A DNA stretch of 64,000 bases, from IMG/VR virus record IMGVR_UViG_3300011862_000001, positions 96,001 through 160,000 of that record, one strand, 5' to 3'. The position numbers and the translations under genes were made by a program. The notes below the pieces were generated by a model. That model saw only the letters and a list, made by a program, of their open reading frames with translations. It had not been told where the DNA came from and did not search any database. Shown in pieces: positions 48,311 through 56,960 of the stretch (positions within the stretch are counted from its first letter, which is position 1; every line of letters begins with the position of its first letter). The DNA is from a virus (Duplodnaviria > Caudoviricetes).

Positions 48311-48580
48311 ATGAAACAAAAACCCCTGCTGGTTCGCCTTTTTGACGTATTGTTTCCCGAGGAAGTGAAGACCGGGTTACCTTCCGTTTGTTCCTTCCCA
48401 GGCACGGAAGAAGACTTCTGGGACTATCTCGATATACACTATCCGAAATGGACACCGGTGTATCCGATGGACGAAAGCAAAGCGCGTGTGGTCCACTATC
48501 ACAATGCAGAAGGCACCCTGGTGGCTATCTGTGTGCGTTGGCCACAACGTAACTATTACTACACGGTTTCCGTGGACTGA
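48311..48580 (+). CDS. Hypothetical protein
   Basis: GGAG SD. Confidence 0.65.
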   Translation: MKQKPLLVRLFDVLFPEEVKTGLPSVCSFPGTEEDFWDYLDIHYPKWTPVYPMDESKARVVHYHNAEGTLVAICVRWPQRNYYYTVSVD

Positions 48581-48588
48581 GGGACGAT

Positions 48589-48903
48589 ATGGCCAGACGT
48601 GTAAAACTGAGCGAAACAGCGGTCGCGTTTGTGTGCCCGGGATGCGGCCGTACGCACGTTATCCCGGTCAACGAAACAGCGCGTCCGCGTTGGGACTGGA
48701 ACGGACAAGTCGATGCGGTGACGTTAACGCCGAGTATTCTGGCGACCTGGAATGAACCCAGTGACGACCCAGAACTGTTTGACGACCCCGCGCACGACCA
48801 ACGACACATTTGTCATTCTTACGTCCGTGACGGCTATATTGAATTCCTGGCGGATTGCAGCCATAGCTTGTCTGGACAAACGGTACAGCTGACGGCGTTT
48901 TAA
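48589..48903 (+). CDS. Small Cys/His metal-binding protein (DUF6527-like)
   Basis: CPGCG..H, TLTPSI, CHSYVRDG.I.F..DC.H. Confidence 0.65.
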   Translation: MARRVKLSETAVAFVCPGCGRTHVIPVNETARPRWDWNGQVDAVTLTPSILATWNEPSDDPELFDDPAHDQRHICHSYVRDGYIEFLADCSHSLSGQTVQLTAF

Positions 48904-48912
48904 GGGGTTATC

Positions 48913-50067
48913 ATGTCTGCTGATTTTGATTTTGACACACTGTGGGAGGACTACGACACGGTCGTGGCGTTAGAATCCCGTGGGGCGGGGATGGACAATC
49001 CCATGATGCGTGCGATTGCGCAGCGTTGGTGCCTGCTAGACGAAATGGAACAGCAGGTAGCCCATGAGTCCAGAGCCATGATGGAACGTGCCCAAATCGT
49101 GGCTGACGGTGCAGCCGATGGTCGTATTGCCAAGAAGATTGCCAAAGATGCTGCCCGGGCAACCGGGCGTGTCGTGGGGGCGACTGCCAAGCTTGCCGGT
49201 AAAGGGGCCGCGAAAGCAGGCCGTGCTGCGGGACGGGGTGCGGGTAAACTCTCTGTGGCGTTAGGCAACAAGTTTAAAGAATGGGCAGCGCACTACGGCC
49301 CTATTTTTAAAGAGAAGCTCGCCGACATGACCTCGAAAGCCACGCTACTGGAAAACCGTCGTCAGAAAGTCGAAAAGCATCTACAAGCGAAAGACACGCT
49401 TTCCACTGCGCCGTTAACAGCGGGGATGTGGGTGTCGAAAATCTGCTTTGAGGACAAGGTCAGCCTCGAAGAGTGCTTAAAGCTTGCGAGCCAAAGCCAA
49501 GCCATGGATGCAGCGGTGAAGCAGTATACCGTGAACGTGCGTCAGTTCGAAGGGTTGTTGGTGCATCGTTACAAAAACGAAGACGGGGTACTCAGCAAAA
49601 TCGGTTATCCGTCTAACGCTGCCATTCATCGTGCGTCTGGGATACTCGGCCGCTTTACGGAAAAAGACGTTCAAGCCCGTCCGCTTGCTGGTAACGTGAT
49701 TATCGTTAACCACGGGCGTGCACCGAAAGAGAAGGTTGAGTTTGCGGTCGCCCGTGAAGCGAAGCTTTCTAATGAGCTTGAGCCACTGAACAAAGCAGAA
49801 TGCCAGAAAGCGTTGGGTGCGGTAAAAACCATCGCGGCTACACTGCGTGACCGGGGCGTCAAACGGGGTGTCTTCAGCTACAGCGGTATTTACGCTGAGA
49901 TGGAACAGATGCAACAGCAGATGGAAAGTCTCGAAGGCGAAGAACTGCGCTCGGCGATGTTGTATTACAAAAATGCCATGGCGCTGGAAGATGCGTTCAC
50001 AACTGCCTTAGCCCGTGTGGGTGACGGTCTGTTGAACTGGGTGACGGCCAGCGTCAAAGCGGGGTAA
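48913..50067 (+). CDS. Processed internal head protein (distant paralog)
   Basis: Acidic N-terminus, ALES and AHES sites, basic Ala/Gly/Lys-rich segment. Confidence 0.6.
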   Translation: MSADFDFDTLWEDYDTVVALESRGAGMDNPMMRAIAQRWCLLDEMEQQVAHESRAMMERAQIVADGAADGRIAKKIAKDAARATGRVVGATAKLAGKGAAKAGRAAGRGAGKLSVALGNKFKEWAAHYGPIFKEKLADMTSKATLLENRRQKVEKHLQAKDTLSTAPLTAGMWVSKICFEDKVSLEECLKLASQSQAMDAAVKQYTVNVRQFEGLLVHRYKNEDGVLSKIGYPSNAAIHRASGILGRFTEKDVQARPLAGNVIIVNHGRAPKEKVEFAVAREAKLSNELEPLNKAECQKALGAVKTIAATLRDRGVKRGVFSYSGIYAEMEQMQQQMESLEGEELRSAMLYYKNAMALEDAFTTALARVGDGLLNWVTASVKAG

Positions 50068-50070
50068 TTG

Positions 50071-50538
50071 ATGAAAATCATACTCATTCTTAAACTTAGC
50101 TCACGCTATGGCAGGACGTACCACGATGAGCTAACCCGTCTGCACAATGCACTGTACGCCGACCAAAGCATCAAGTTGTCTGAACTCAACGGGCGGGAAG
50201 GTTTTAAGCCCATTGGTTCGGTGGAGGAGGTTTGGTCACCGGGTACCATGATGGCGCTGGCCATCACGGACGAGGGCGAGGCAGTCGGTTTTTTAAGTTT
50301 TTCCATGAGTGGCAAAAACGCCACACGGTGGTTATGGATTCACAACTTCTTCGTTGACCCCGCTATGCGCGGGAAAGGCGTCGGGAACATGTTGATGCGC
50401 ACGGTGAAGGATTACGGGAAATCGAAAGGCTGCTCATTTATGCAGCTGACGGTACTCGATAATAACTCACCGGCGATTGCCATGTACCAGAAGTTTGGCT
50501 TCCGAACCGAGATGCAAGACATGGTCTCTGAAATTTGA
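50071..50538 (+). CDS. GNAT acetyltransferase
   Basis: FFVDPAMRGKGVGNMLM, NNSPAIAMYQKFGF. Confidence 0.9.
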   Translation: MKIILILKLSSRYGRTYHDELTRLHNALYADQSIKLSELNGREGFKPIGSVEEVWSPGTMMALAITDEGEAVGFLSFSMSGKNATRWLWIHNFFVDPAMRGKGVGNMLMRTVKDYGKSKGCSFMQLTVLDNNSPAIAMYQKFGFRTEMQDMVSEI

Positions 50539-50547
50539 GGATAAGCT

Positions 50548-51183
50548 ATGACGGTACATCGCAGCGTCCCCTACTCACCGGGTTCGCGATACACCTTTGC
50601 AGTTAAACGTTTTGGGTTTTGTAATCGTCCTGGTTGGAAAGTGATTCGTATTGCGGGTACCTTCTGGCAACTCCCTCCGGGTATTGAAGAACACTTCGGT
50701 ATCGAGCAAATCGAACGCTTCTTAGCACTCGCCGACCGGCGTCAGTTGGCCAGTTGGGCCGACACCGGCAAAGCGCGTGATGCATCGAAAACCCGCAATG
50801 CCACTGTGCCCGGTGTGTACTGGACAGGTCAGCATTGTTTCCAGGTTGGGCCTGAGCCTGAGAAGTGTGTAGTGGAACCGTTTAATGAAATGATTGACGG
50901 CGAAATCTTCACCGGTATCAAAGTCTGTTTCCCAACCAGGCCTGAGCAGAATTATCTGCTGGCAACGTTGCGAGATGTCACGCTGTCTACTTTCTACAAG
51001 TATCTCCTGTTTTACAACCGCCTGGTGTATTTTCATCCGGTACAGGAGGACTGGTCTTATCGTCACTCCATGCCGTATGGGCGCAACAGGAGACTTGCCG
51101 GATGTTCTATACTGAACTTGCCAACTACACCGCCGCCTTGCGCGCCGGTACCACCAAGCATGACGCCTCTTTTGACGACGTAA
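50548..51183 (+). CDS. Hypothetical protein
   Basis: GAGGA SD. Confidence 0.65.
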   Translation: MTVHRSVPYSPGSRYTFAVKRFGFCNRPGWKVIRIAGTFWQLPPGIEEHFGIEQIERFLALADRRQLASWADTGKARDASKTRNATVPGVYWTGQHCFQVGPEPEKCVVEPFNEMIDGEIFTGIKVCFPTRPEQNYLLATLRDVTLSTFYKYLLFYNRLVYFHPVQEDWSYRHSMPYGRNRRLAGCSILNLPTTPPPCAPVPPSMTPLLTT

Positions 51184-51470
51184 AGCAAGCGTTATCCCAC
51201 TTCCCGGAACTCGATGTTGCGGTTCATACCGCACACGTTCTGGGTAATACCATGCTGGCGGAAATCACTTTCACCACGCCACACGGCTCCATTGAACTGC
51301 GGTATCGTTATAGTCCTGACTACTTTTTATTGTTGCCAGGCAAAGTACGCCACGAGGGACATGTATATCCTGTGAGATGGTGGAACGATATTAACAAGTT
51401 CACGTACGCGCTGACAGAACACCGTCAGACCGTGCACGACTTTATGCGAGCCGTGAACGACGGTTTCTAA
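51102..51470 (+). CDS. Hypothetical protein
   Basis: AGGAG SD; overlaps upstream ORF by 82 nt. Confidence 0.6.
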   Translation: MFYTELANYTAALRAGTTKHDASFDDVKQALSHFPELDVAVHTAHVLGNTMLAEITFTTPHGSIELRYRYSPDYFLLLPGKVRHEGHVYPVRWWNDINKFTYALTEHRQTVHDFMRAVNDGF

Positions 51471-51481
51471 GAGAGCGAAAG

Positions 51482-52081
51482 ATGCCAGAAATGATTTTAG
51501 ATTCATTATTTCTGATCACCAGCGCCTATATCAGCAAGCACAAAAAGTTACCGGTTCAGGTTTGCGTACGCCGTAAAGGGGTAAGTCGCCTATACCACAT
51601 GACGACCGTGCTGGATATTGCCTGCAAAGTGACAGGAATGGACAAACCCAAAAGCCTTAACCGATTTAACCACATTCGTGGGATTCTTCACAAGGCGGTG
51701 TGTGTGGTGTACCGAATGCGTCGGGACTCACCGTATCGCTTTTTGTTGAAAGACGGTGTGGCGGTCAGTGACTACCGGGAAAACCTGGTAGACTTGCGTG
51801 ACGACTACTGTAATGTTTGCGGCATGGGCCGTGAGCGTCTGGTAGCAGTCGCACAGGGAACCTCGCGTGCCCCTACCCAACAAGAAGCCGAAGCCGCTAT
51901 CGAGATGATGCGTCGTGCGGAGTTGGTGGTGGTGAATACGGAAAAAGAAGCTTACCGTCTTCAGCACTATTTGGCAGAACGCGCACTGACTCCTATCGTG
52001 GTACACCATGCAGCGGTTGCAGGATTGGAACTTCCGAAAACGGAAGGCCAGTGGTCTGAACCGACAGTGGTGCACCAATGA
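51482..52081 (+). CDS. Hypothetical protein
   Basis: ORF ending at a terminator. Confidence 0.65.
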   Translation: MPEMILDSLFLITSAYISKHKKLPVQVCVRRKGVSRLYHMTTVLDIACKVTGMDKPKSLNRFNHIRGILHKAVCVVYRMRRDSPYRFLLKDGVAVSDYRENLVDLRDDYCNVCGMGRERLVAVAQGTSRAPTQQEAEAAIEMMRRAELVVVNTEKEAYRLQHYLAERALTPIVVHHAAVAGLELPKTEGQWSEPTVVHQ

Positions 52082-52084
52082 GCA

Positions 52085-52122
52085 GTACCCACCCTTCGGG
52101 GTGGGTACATCTTATATTTTTT
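52085..52122 (+). terminator. Intrinsic terminator
   Basis: GTACCCACCC-TTCG-GGGTGGGTAC. Confidence 0.85.
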
Positions 52123-52145
52123 CGAATAGATATTATTTAGGTGAG
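52123..52145 (+). promoter_or_regulatory. Putative early promoter
   Basis: CGAATAGATATTATTTAGGTGAG. Confidence 0.7.
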
Positions 52146-52186
52146 AATACATCCTATTCTTTTACCAGACTATCGAGGAAGTCGTT

Positions 52187-52921
52187 ATGTTAAAGAAAAC
52201 CGTGGGTCGCAATATCAGTGAGGTGTTGGAGAACCCGTTTCTGGAACTGGTGTATCATTTAGAAATTCCTGGCAACCCGTGGGCGGCGTATTACTTTACC
52301 GATAACCGACCGAAGAATAGCGCATGTGGGGTGTTGGTTGAACGCCGTAGCGGCAGAATAATCCACCGCTTGAATAAGGCGGTGTCCGGCAGTACAAAAC
52401 GTAAACCCATCTTCATGCCCTACTCGTTTGTCTTCAATCTCGAGGAAGAGATACACCACTACTTCTTTCAACATGCTTGTGGTGATATTGATTTGGTGAA
52501 CGCTTTAGAGAAACGCGACAAAGTGATGATAAAAACTCTCGACCCGTTCTTCTATACCCTACTCGATCTCTATCAACGCGCAGCGTATCTGCAATGGCCC
52601 ACCGAGAAGTTTGAACAGTGGCCGACATTCCGTACACTAACCTCGACCATCTCCACCACCATTATGGTGAACGGGATACGACGCTGGGTGCAGGTGACCC
52701 GTTCATTGGAAATGCGTTACGTCAATAAGAGTGTGGAGTTTGTGGTGAACTTTGGTTTTCCCAGTTGGCGTAGTGGCACCTTCGCGGCCACTATCAACCG
52801 CCAGTATAACTTAAAGGAACTGCCGACGGTGAAACAGTTTGTAGACGACCCGCGACACCAACCGATTTATGAACTCGTTTTTCGTGATTACGATGAACGT
52901 GTCCCGCCTAAAAAGCGGTGA
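52187..52921 (+). CDS. Paralog-array protein B1
   Basis: Clearly alignable with B5 (55402-56139). Confidence 0.8.
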   Translation: MLKKTVGRNISEVLENPFLELVYHLEIPGNPWAAYYFTDNRPKNSACGVLVERRSGRIIHRLNKAVSGSTKRKPIFMPYSFVFNLEEEIHHYFFQHACGDIDLVNALEKRDKVMIKTLDPFFYTLLDLYQRAAYLQWPTEKFEQWPTFRTLTSTISTTIMVNGIRRWVQVTRSLEMRYVNKSVEFVVNFGFPSWRSGTFAATINRQYNLKELPTVKQFVDDPRHQPIYELVFRDYDERVPPKKR

Positions 52922-52947
52922 TTTTATACAGTAGCAATCATCTTTAT

Positions 52948-52973
52948 GCCGTTGTGCGTCGGTTAAAACGCAT
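52948..52973 (+). promoter_or_regulatory. 5' UTR H-type pseudoknot 1
   Basis: GCCG-TT-GTGCGT-CGGT-TAAA-ACGCAT. Confidence 0.65.
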
Positions 52974-52998
52974 CACCCTTAACTAAGAGAGAACTATC

Positions 52999-53748
52999 AT
53001 GTTGACACATTTCGATATCGTTTCAAACACTACCGGTAAACGTTTGGAAGTTCGCGAGTCCCACGTTAAAGCCAATCATCCCAACATCGTACGATTAAGC
53101 CTATCCCTCGTAGATGTGGTGTCCGGTGAAACGAAACCGTTGACAACATCCCCCCGCTTAAACATTCAGCTGTCGCCCGAAGCTAATGCCCAGCGTGTCT
53201 TGATGGCCATTAAGAACGAAGCCAGTATCCAGTTCTTCAAACTGGTAGCCCGTAAGCCCGAGGCCATCAGCGCGTATCACGAAAAAGACTGGACGACCCT
53301 GTCTCGACTGGCCCCGCTGTTTGCTCAGCTGCTGGACTTCGTACAGATTTACAGCCGGATGCTCGGTGCGGCGCACTCCGGTGACCCGTTCGATTTCCAG
53401 CCACTGGGCAAGATGGACTTGCGTGCATCACACAACCACGTTCCGTTGAAGGTGAGTTGTGACATGATGATGGTGGAAGGCCGGACGTCTGACCGTGTCC
53501 GGGTGACGTACGCGTTCTCCCTGGACGGCGTCGCGGTTAAAAGGCTGCGTGAAAACGGACAGCTGACGCTGAGGTACACGTATCCCGTGGCTGAATGGCC
53601 GAGTATAAAAGTGTTTATGGAAGAAGAACGTGTGCAACGTATTCTGGATGCCTGGCTCCCTCCGTCCCGTATGGAATCTCCGCATGCGTCGAAGGCAATG
53701 ATGCCGACGGGGGAAGTCACCAAAGACCGGCCGAGCGATCAAGAATAA
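52999..53748 (+). CDS. Paralog-array protein B2
   Basis: E....FF and Y.YP...WP motifs shared with neighbours. Confidence 0.75.
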   Translation: MLTHFDIVSNTTGKRLEVRESHVKANHPNIVRLSLSLVDVVSGETKPLTTSPRLNIQLSPEANAQRVLMAIKNEASIQFFKLVARKPEAISAYHEKDWTTLSRLAPLFAQLLDFVQIYSRMLGAAHSGDPFDFQPLGKMDLRASHNHVPLKVSCDMMMVEGRTSDRVRVTYAFSLDGVAVKRLRENGQLTLRYTYPVAEWPSIKVFMEEERVQRILDAWLPPSRMESPHASKAMMPTGEVTKDRPSDQE

Positions 53749-53762
53749 CCGAAGTAGTAAAA

Positions 53763-53792
53763 CAGGCGACCGTCGGGTCGCCTGTTTATTTT
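53763..53792 (+). terminator. Intrinsic terminator (near-duplicate of 54582-54611)
   Basis: AGGCGACC-GTCG-GGTCGCCT-GTTTATTTT. Confidence 0.75.
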
Positions 53793-53794
53793 AA

Positions 53795-53820
53795 ACCGTC
53801 GAGCCCCGGTCAAGAGGCTC
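53795..53820 (+). promoter_or_regulatory. 5' UTR H-type pseudoknot 2
   Basis: ACCG-TC-GAGCCC-CGGT-CAA-G(A)GGCTC. Confidence 0.6.
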
Positions 53821-53844
53821 CTAACTAACAGAGAGTAAAAACCC

Positions 53845-54576
53845 ATGATTAAATACGACGTAGAAAAAGCAGCCCAGTTCCTGGACGGTAAGAATGTGAA
53901 AATCGTCCGTGAGTTTGTGGCTGACCGCGACTCCAATAATCGCCTGTTGGTGTTGCACTACACCCGTACCACTGGCACGGTCTCTACTCAAGCCGCGCTG
54001 TTATATCCTAACCACGCTATCGGTCTGATGAAACTGGATATGTTTCGCAGTGTGGTTGCGAATATTGAAGAGTGGTCGGATTTGGACAGGGTTTGTGAGA
54101 TGCTACGGGCAGAAATATCGCGTTACTTTTTCGTGAGGCTTGCCCGCTCGCGTGACGATATGGTGTTGTTTCGCCACGACCAGGCCCGACTGTTACAGGT
54201 GCGGTTCTTCCTTCGTCAACTCGCTGAATTAAACCGGGTGGTGTTGGCAGCGATTGACAACCCACGTACCCCCGTTGGGGTAAACGAACGGGAAACCGGG
54301 TTACCTGACCGGTTGTTCTGGTCAGACGAGTGTCGGGGGAACCTCGATGGTGAAGTGTACCACATTCGTCGGACACTTAGTCACAACAACGTACCGAACC
54401 TTTTAATAACGGACGGTGACAAAATTAATCGTCACTGCTTTGCCGATATTCGGATTTCGGGACGGGGTGGACGGAGCTTGTGCGTCGAGAAAACCTACCC
54501 ACTGACCATTTGGCCGACGGGGGACGATGTGTTGAAAGAGTACGCTGAATCCGTTCGCCGAATGAATAACAATTAA
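53845..54576 (+). CDS. Paralog-array protein B3
   Basis: LRAEISRYFF, KTYPLTIWPT. Confidence 0.75.
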   Translation: MIKYDVEKAAQFLDGKNVKIVREFVADRDSNNRLLVLHYTRTTGTVSTQAALLYPNHAIGLMKLDMFRSVVANIEEWSDLDRVCEMLRAEISRYFFVRLARSRDDMVLFRHDQARLLQVRFFLRQLAELNRVVLAAIDNPRTPVGVNERETGLPDRLFWSDECRGNLDGEVYHIRRTLSHNNVPNLLITDGDKINRHCFADIRISGRGGRSLCVEKTYPLTIWPTGDDVLKEYAESVRRMNNN

Positions 54577-54581
54577 TGACC

Positions 54582-54611
54582 CAGGCGACCTTCGGGTCGC
54601 CTCTTTATTTT
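54582..54611 (+). terminator. Intrinsic terminator
   Basis: AGGCGACC-TTCG-GGTCGCCT-CTTTATTTT. Confidence 0.8.
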
Positions 54612-54614
54612 AAA

Positions 54615-54639
54615 ACCGATACGTGCCGGTTAAGCACGT
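54615..54639 (+). promoter_or_regulatory. 5' UTR H-type pseudoknot 3
   Basis: ACCG-AT-ACGTGC-CGGT-TAA-GCACGT. Confidence 0.7.
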
Positions 54640-54664
54640 CTATACTCTCAATAGGAGAAAAGTT

Positions 54665-55321
54665 ATGAAAGCCACTTACGCCAAAATCGGTATGGAGTTT
54701 ACCAAGTTACTCGCGCTCCCTCGTGTGAAGGAGATGGAGCTACCGACTGTTTATCTCGGTAAGGCGACGGTACACTTGATGTACGATAAACTGGAGACGA
54801 TTTATTTTGTGGTCGCGGTCGAGGATGGGGTTATCGTACGACTGTTCCATCGTTGTAAACGCCCGCACGCCCGTCCTAACGACGCACGTCTTGCTCGGCG
54901 TAATATCCTGCGTGATGAATGTGCTATGTATTTCTTTAAGCATATTGTCAGGAACGATACCAAGTTCGAACGGTTTATGGCCAAAGACCGTACTGCCCTT
55001 AAACTGCGCGACAACATGTACTTCAAGCTGCGTGAAGCGCATATCGCCACCCACGTCGGCACAGCCGCCCACCAGGAAGATGTGTGGGAAGTACCGAGTT
55101 GGGCAGGAAGAATGCAGGCCGTGATTAACGGTATCCCCATCTCGTTCTTTCGCCGTATCACCTTCTCACGCATGACCGGGGTGGTTACCGTCACCCACGA
55201 ATTTAGACGCACCAACGACAGTGAGTTAATCCTCAAAAAAGAATATCCCGATCGTCAGTGGCAGACCTCAAAAGTGCTGCTCGCCGAATGGGATATCCTG
55301 ACGTTGTTGAAACTGGCTTAA
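54665..55321 (+). CDS. Paralog-array protein B4
   Basis: Start MKATY after AGGAG; LRDECAMYFF, KEYPDRQWQT. Confidence 0.75.
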   Translation: MKATYAKIGMEFTKLLALPRVKEMELPTVYLGKATVHLMYDKLETIYFVVAVEDGVIVRLFHRCKRPHARPNDARLARRNILRDECAMYFFKHIVRNDTKFERFMAKDRTALKLRDNMYFKLREAHIATHVGTAAHQEDVWEVPSWAGRMQAVINGIPISFFRRITFSRMTGVVTVTHEFRRTNDSELILKKEYPDRQWQTSKVLLAEWDILTLLKLA

Positions 55322-55328
55322 ACTAACC

Positions 55329-55350
55329 GGCGGTGGCAACACCGCCTTTC
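55329..55350 (+). terminator. Hairpin / weak terminator
   Basis: GGCGGTG-GCAA-CACCGCC-TTTC. Confidence 0.6.
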
Positions 55351-55352
55351 CC

Positions 55353-55378
55353 TCCGATGCACACCGGATAAAGTGTGC
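55353..55378 (+). promoter_or_regulatory. 5' UTR H-type pseudoknot 4
   Basis: TCCG-AT-GCACAC-CGGA-TAAA-GTGTGC. Confidence 0.7.
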
Positions 55379-55401
55379 CACACCCAAAAAAGGTAAAATA
55401 A

Positions 55402-56139
55402 ATGAACGTTGAAATTCTGCTTCGTCAAGCTATCAAAGATGTGATGTTACAGTCCGACTACACCCATGTGTTTACTCTCGATGCCCCGAACAGTGATTAC
55501 ACGGCGCACTACTTTGTGGGCCAGACGGACACGAACGATGCGCGTGGGGTATTGGTCAATAAAGCCACCGGTATTATCGATATGGTGATGGACAACTTTA
55601 ACTACAAGCGCTTAAACGCTGCCAAAGAAAAAGTCTGGATGCCCCGTTCGTTTAACCGTTCGCTTTATGAGAATGCCGCTGAGCGCTTTTTCCGCAACCA
55701 TGCCAACAACCAAGATTTTATTCTCGGCTTGATTGAGCAAGATGAAGAAAAAATTAAACGCTACGACCCGCTGCTCCACGCGTGCCTGGTTCTGTGGGGT
55801 GTGTGTCGCGATCATGACACCGGTCGCCCACAAGGCTTCTATCCACCGCGAATGGTGCAGTGGAACAGTACGCCGCGTATGCCGGTGCCGTACGAACACT
55901 TTATCCGGGTTGAGCGTAAGCTCACCATGGAGCTTTCTCGCAGCACCGTCGAATACCCCACAGTGGAAGTCTGTATGACCTTCCGGGGTCGTCATGTGCG
56001 GGACGTAAAACGGGGAGTCGGTAAACTCACCTTAACCCGTAACTTCCGTGGCGGCTGGGATAATACCCAACGCTTTGTGACCGACCCACGTAACAACCAA
56101 TACATCGAGCTATTCCTACAGGAAATCAGACTCGACTAA
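55402..56139 (+). CDS. Paralog-array protein B5
   Basis: Clearly alignable with B1. Confidence 0.8.
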   Translation: MNVEILLRQAIKDVMLQSDYTHVFTLDAPNSDYTAHYFVGQTDTNDARGVLVNKATGIIDMVMDNFNYKRLNAAKEKVWMPRSFNRSLYENAAERFFRNHANNQDFILGLIEQDEEKIKRYDPLLHACLVLWGVCRDHDTGRPQGFYPPRMVQWNSTPRMPVPYEHFIRVERKLTMELSRSTVEYPTVEVCMTFRGRHVRDVKRGVGKLTLTRNFRGGWDNTQRFVTDPRNNQYIELFLQEIRLD

Positions 56140-56146
56140 CCTTAGC

Positions 56147-56176
56147 AGGTACCCTTCGGGGTACCTTCTTTTTTTT
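56147..56176 (+). terminator. Intrinsic terminator
   Basis: AGGTACCC-TTCG-GGGTACCT plus T-tract. Confidence 0.85.
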
Positions 56177-56234
56177 GTTTTACAGGTTGTGTACATTATG
56201 TGAACGAACCACCGCTTTACATTAGGGGAACATA

Positions 56235-56885
56235 ATGACGTTAACCGTGGCCTTTGACGGCCCAGATACTTCCGGTAAATCCACACTGGTTGCGAAAGTA
56301 AAAAAAGTTTTAGAAAGTATTGGTTTGCGGGTCGGGATGGTTAACCATCCGTCGTCCGCCTCCGAGACTGGTCAATTCGCTCGTCGCCAACTGGTGATGG
56401 GGATGAACGATGCTGTTGTGGCTCAGGCCATGTGCAAAGATTTTGAATACACGTTACAGTTTATCGTCCCGCAGTACGACGTGGTACTGCTAGATCGCTG
56501 GGCACCCGTGACCATCGCCAATCAGGGCGAAGCGGGTAAAGAAGAAGTGTTTCGCAGCAATATCTGTAATCTCGAAGGCGCACCGCAGATTTATGTCTCG
56601 ATGCAAGTCGATTACGAGACTGCCGTTAAACGCACTCAGAAGCGTCTGGCAGAGCAGGGCGTTGACTGGGATGAATCGGTCAGTGCGAAATTGTTCGTCT
56701 CACCTGAAGCGTGGCAGGCAGCCTGTGAGCGTTATAAGTACGCTTTCCAGATACTCACCGAAGGCGGCAACAAGTTCGACTGGTTGCAGTTTGACGAAAC
56801 CTCTGATCCGGCTATGACGACACTGACTATCGCGACGCACATTGCTGAGCGTTGGGCACGTACCCAGAAAGCAGTCGCGGCGTAA
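56235..56885 (+). CDS. tmk: Thymidylate kinase
   Basis: P-loop FDGPDTSGKST, VLLDRW. Confidence 0.85.
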   Translation: MTLTVAFDGPDTSGKSTLVAKVKKVLESIGLRVGMVNHPSSASETGQFARRQLVMGMNDAVVAQAMCKDFEYTLQFIVPQYDVVLLDRWAPVTIANQGEAGKEEVFRSNICNLEGAPQIYVSMQVDYETAVKRTQKRLAEQGVDWDESVSAKLFVSPEAWQAACERYKYAFQILTEGGNKFDWLQFDETSDPAMTTLTIATHIAERWARTQKAVAA

Positions 56886-56891
56886 CAGCCA

Positions 56892-56920
56892 CCCCTTACC
56901 TTCGGGTAAGGGGCTTTTTT
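56892..56920 (+). terminator. Intrinsic terminator
   Basis: CCCCTTACC-TTCG-GGTAAGGGG plus T-tract. Confidence 0.85.
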
Positions 56921-56960
56921 ACTTTTTTACGCTAAGGTTAAGTGGTATGTAAAATAATCT

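Noticed and set aside
55359-55378. Hairpin-loop GGA as a CsrA site
   Set aside because: Only one of four copies has GGA, and its A covaries with the upstream T, which favours pairing
52921-55402. Regularly spaced repeats resembling a CRISPR or integron attC array
   Set aside because: Spacers are ~700-nt genes; no cas or integrase gene seen; elements lack CRISPR-like identity and attC core sites
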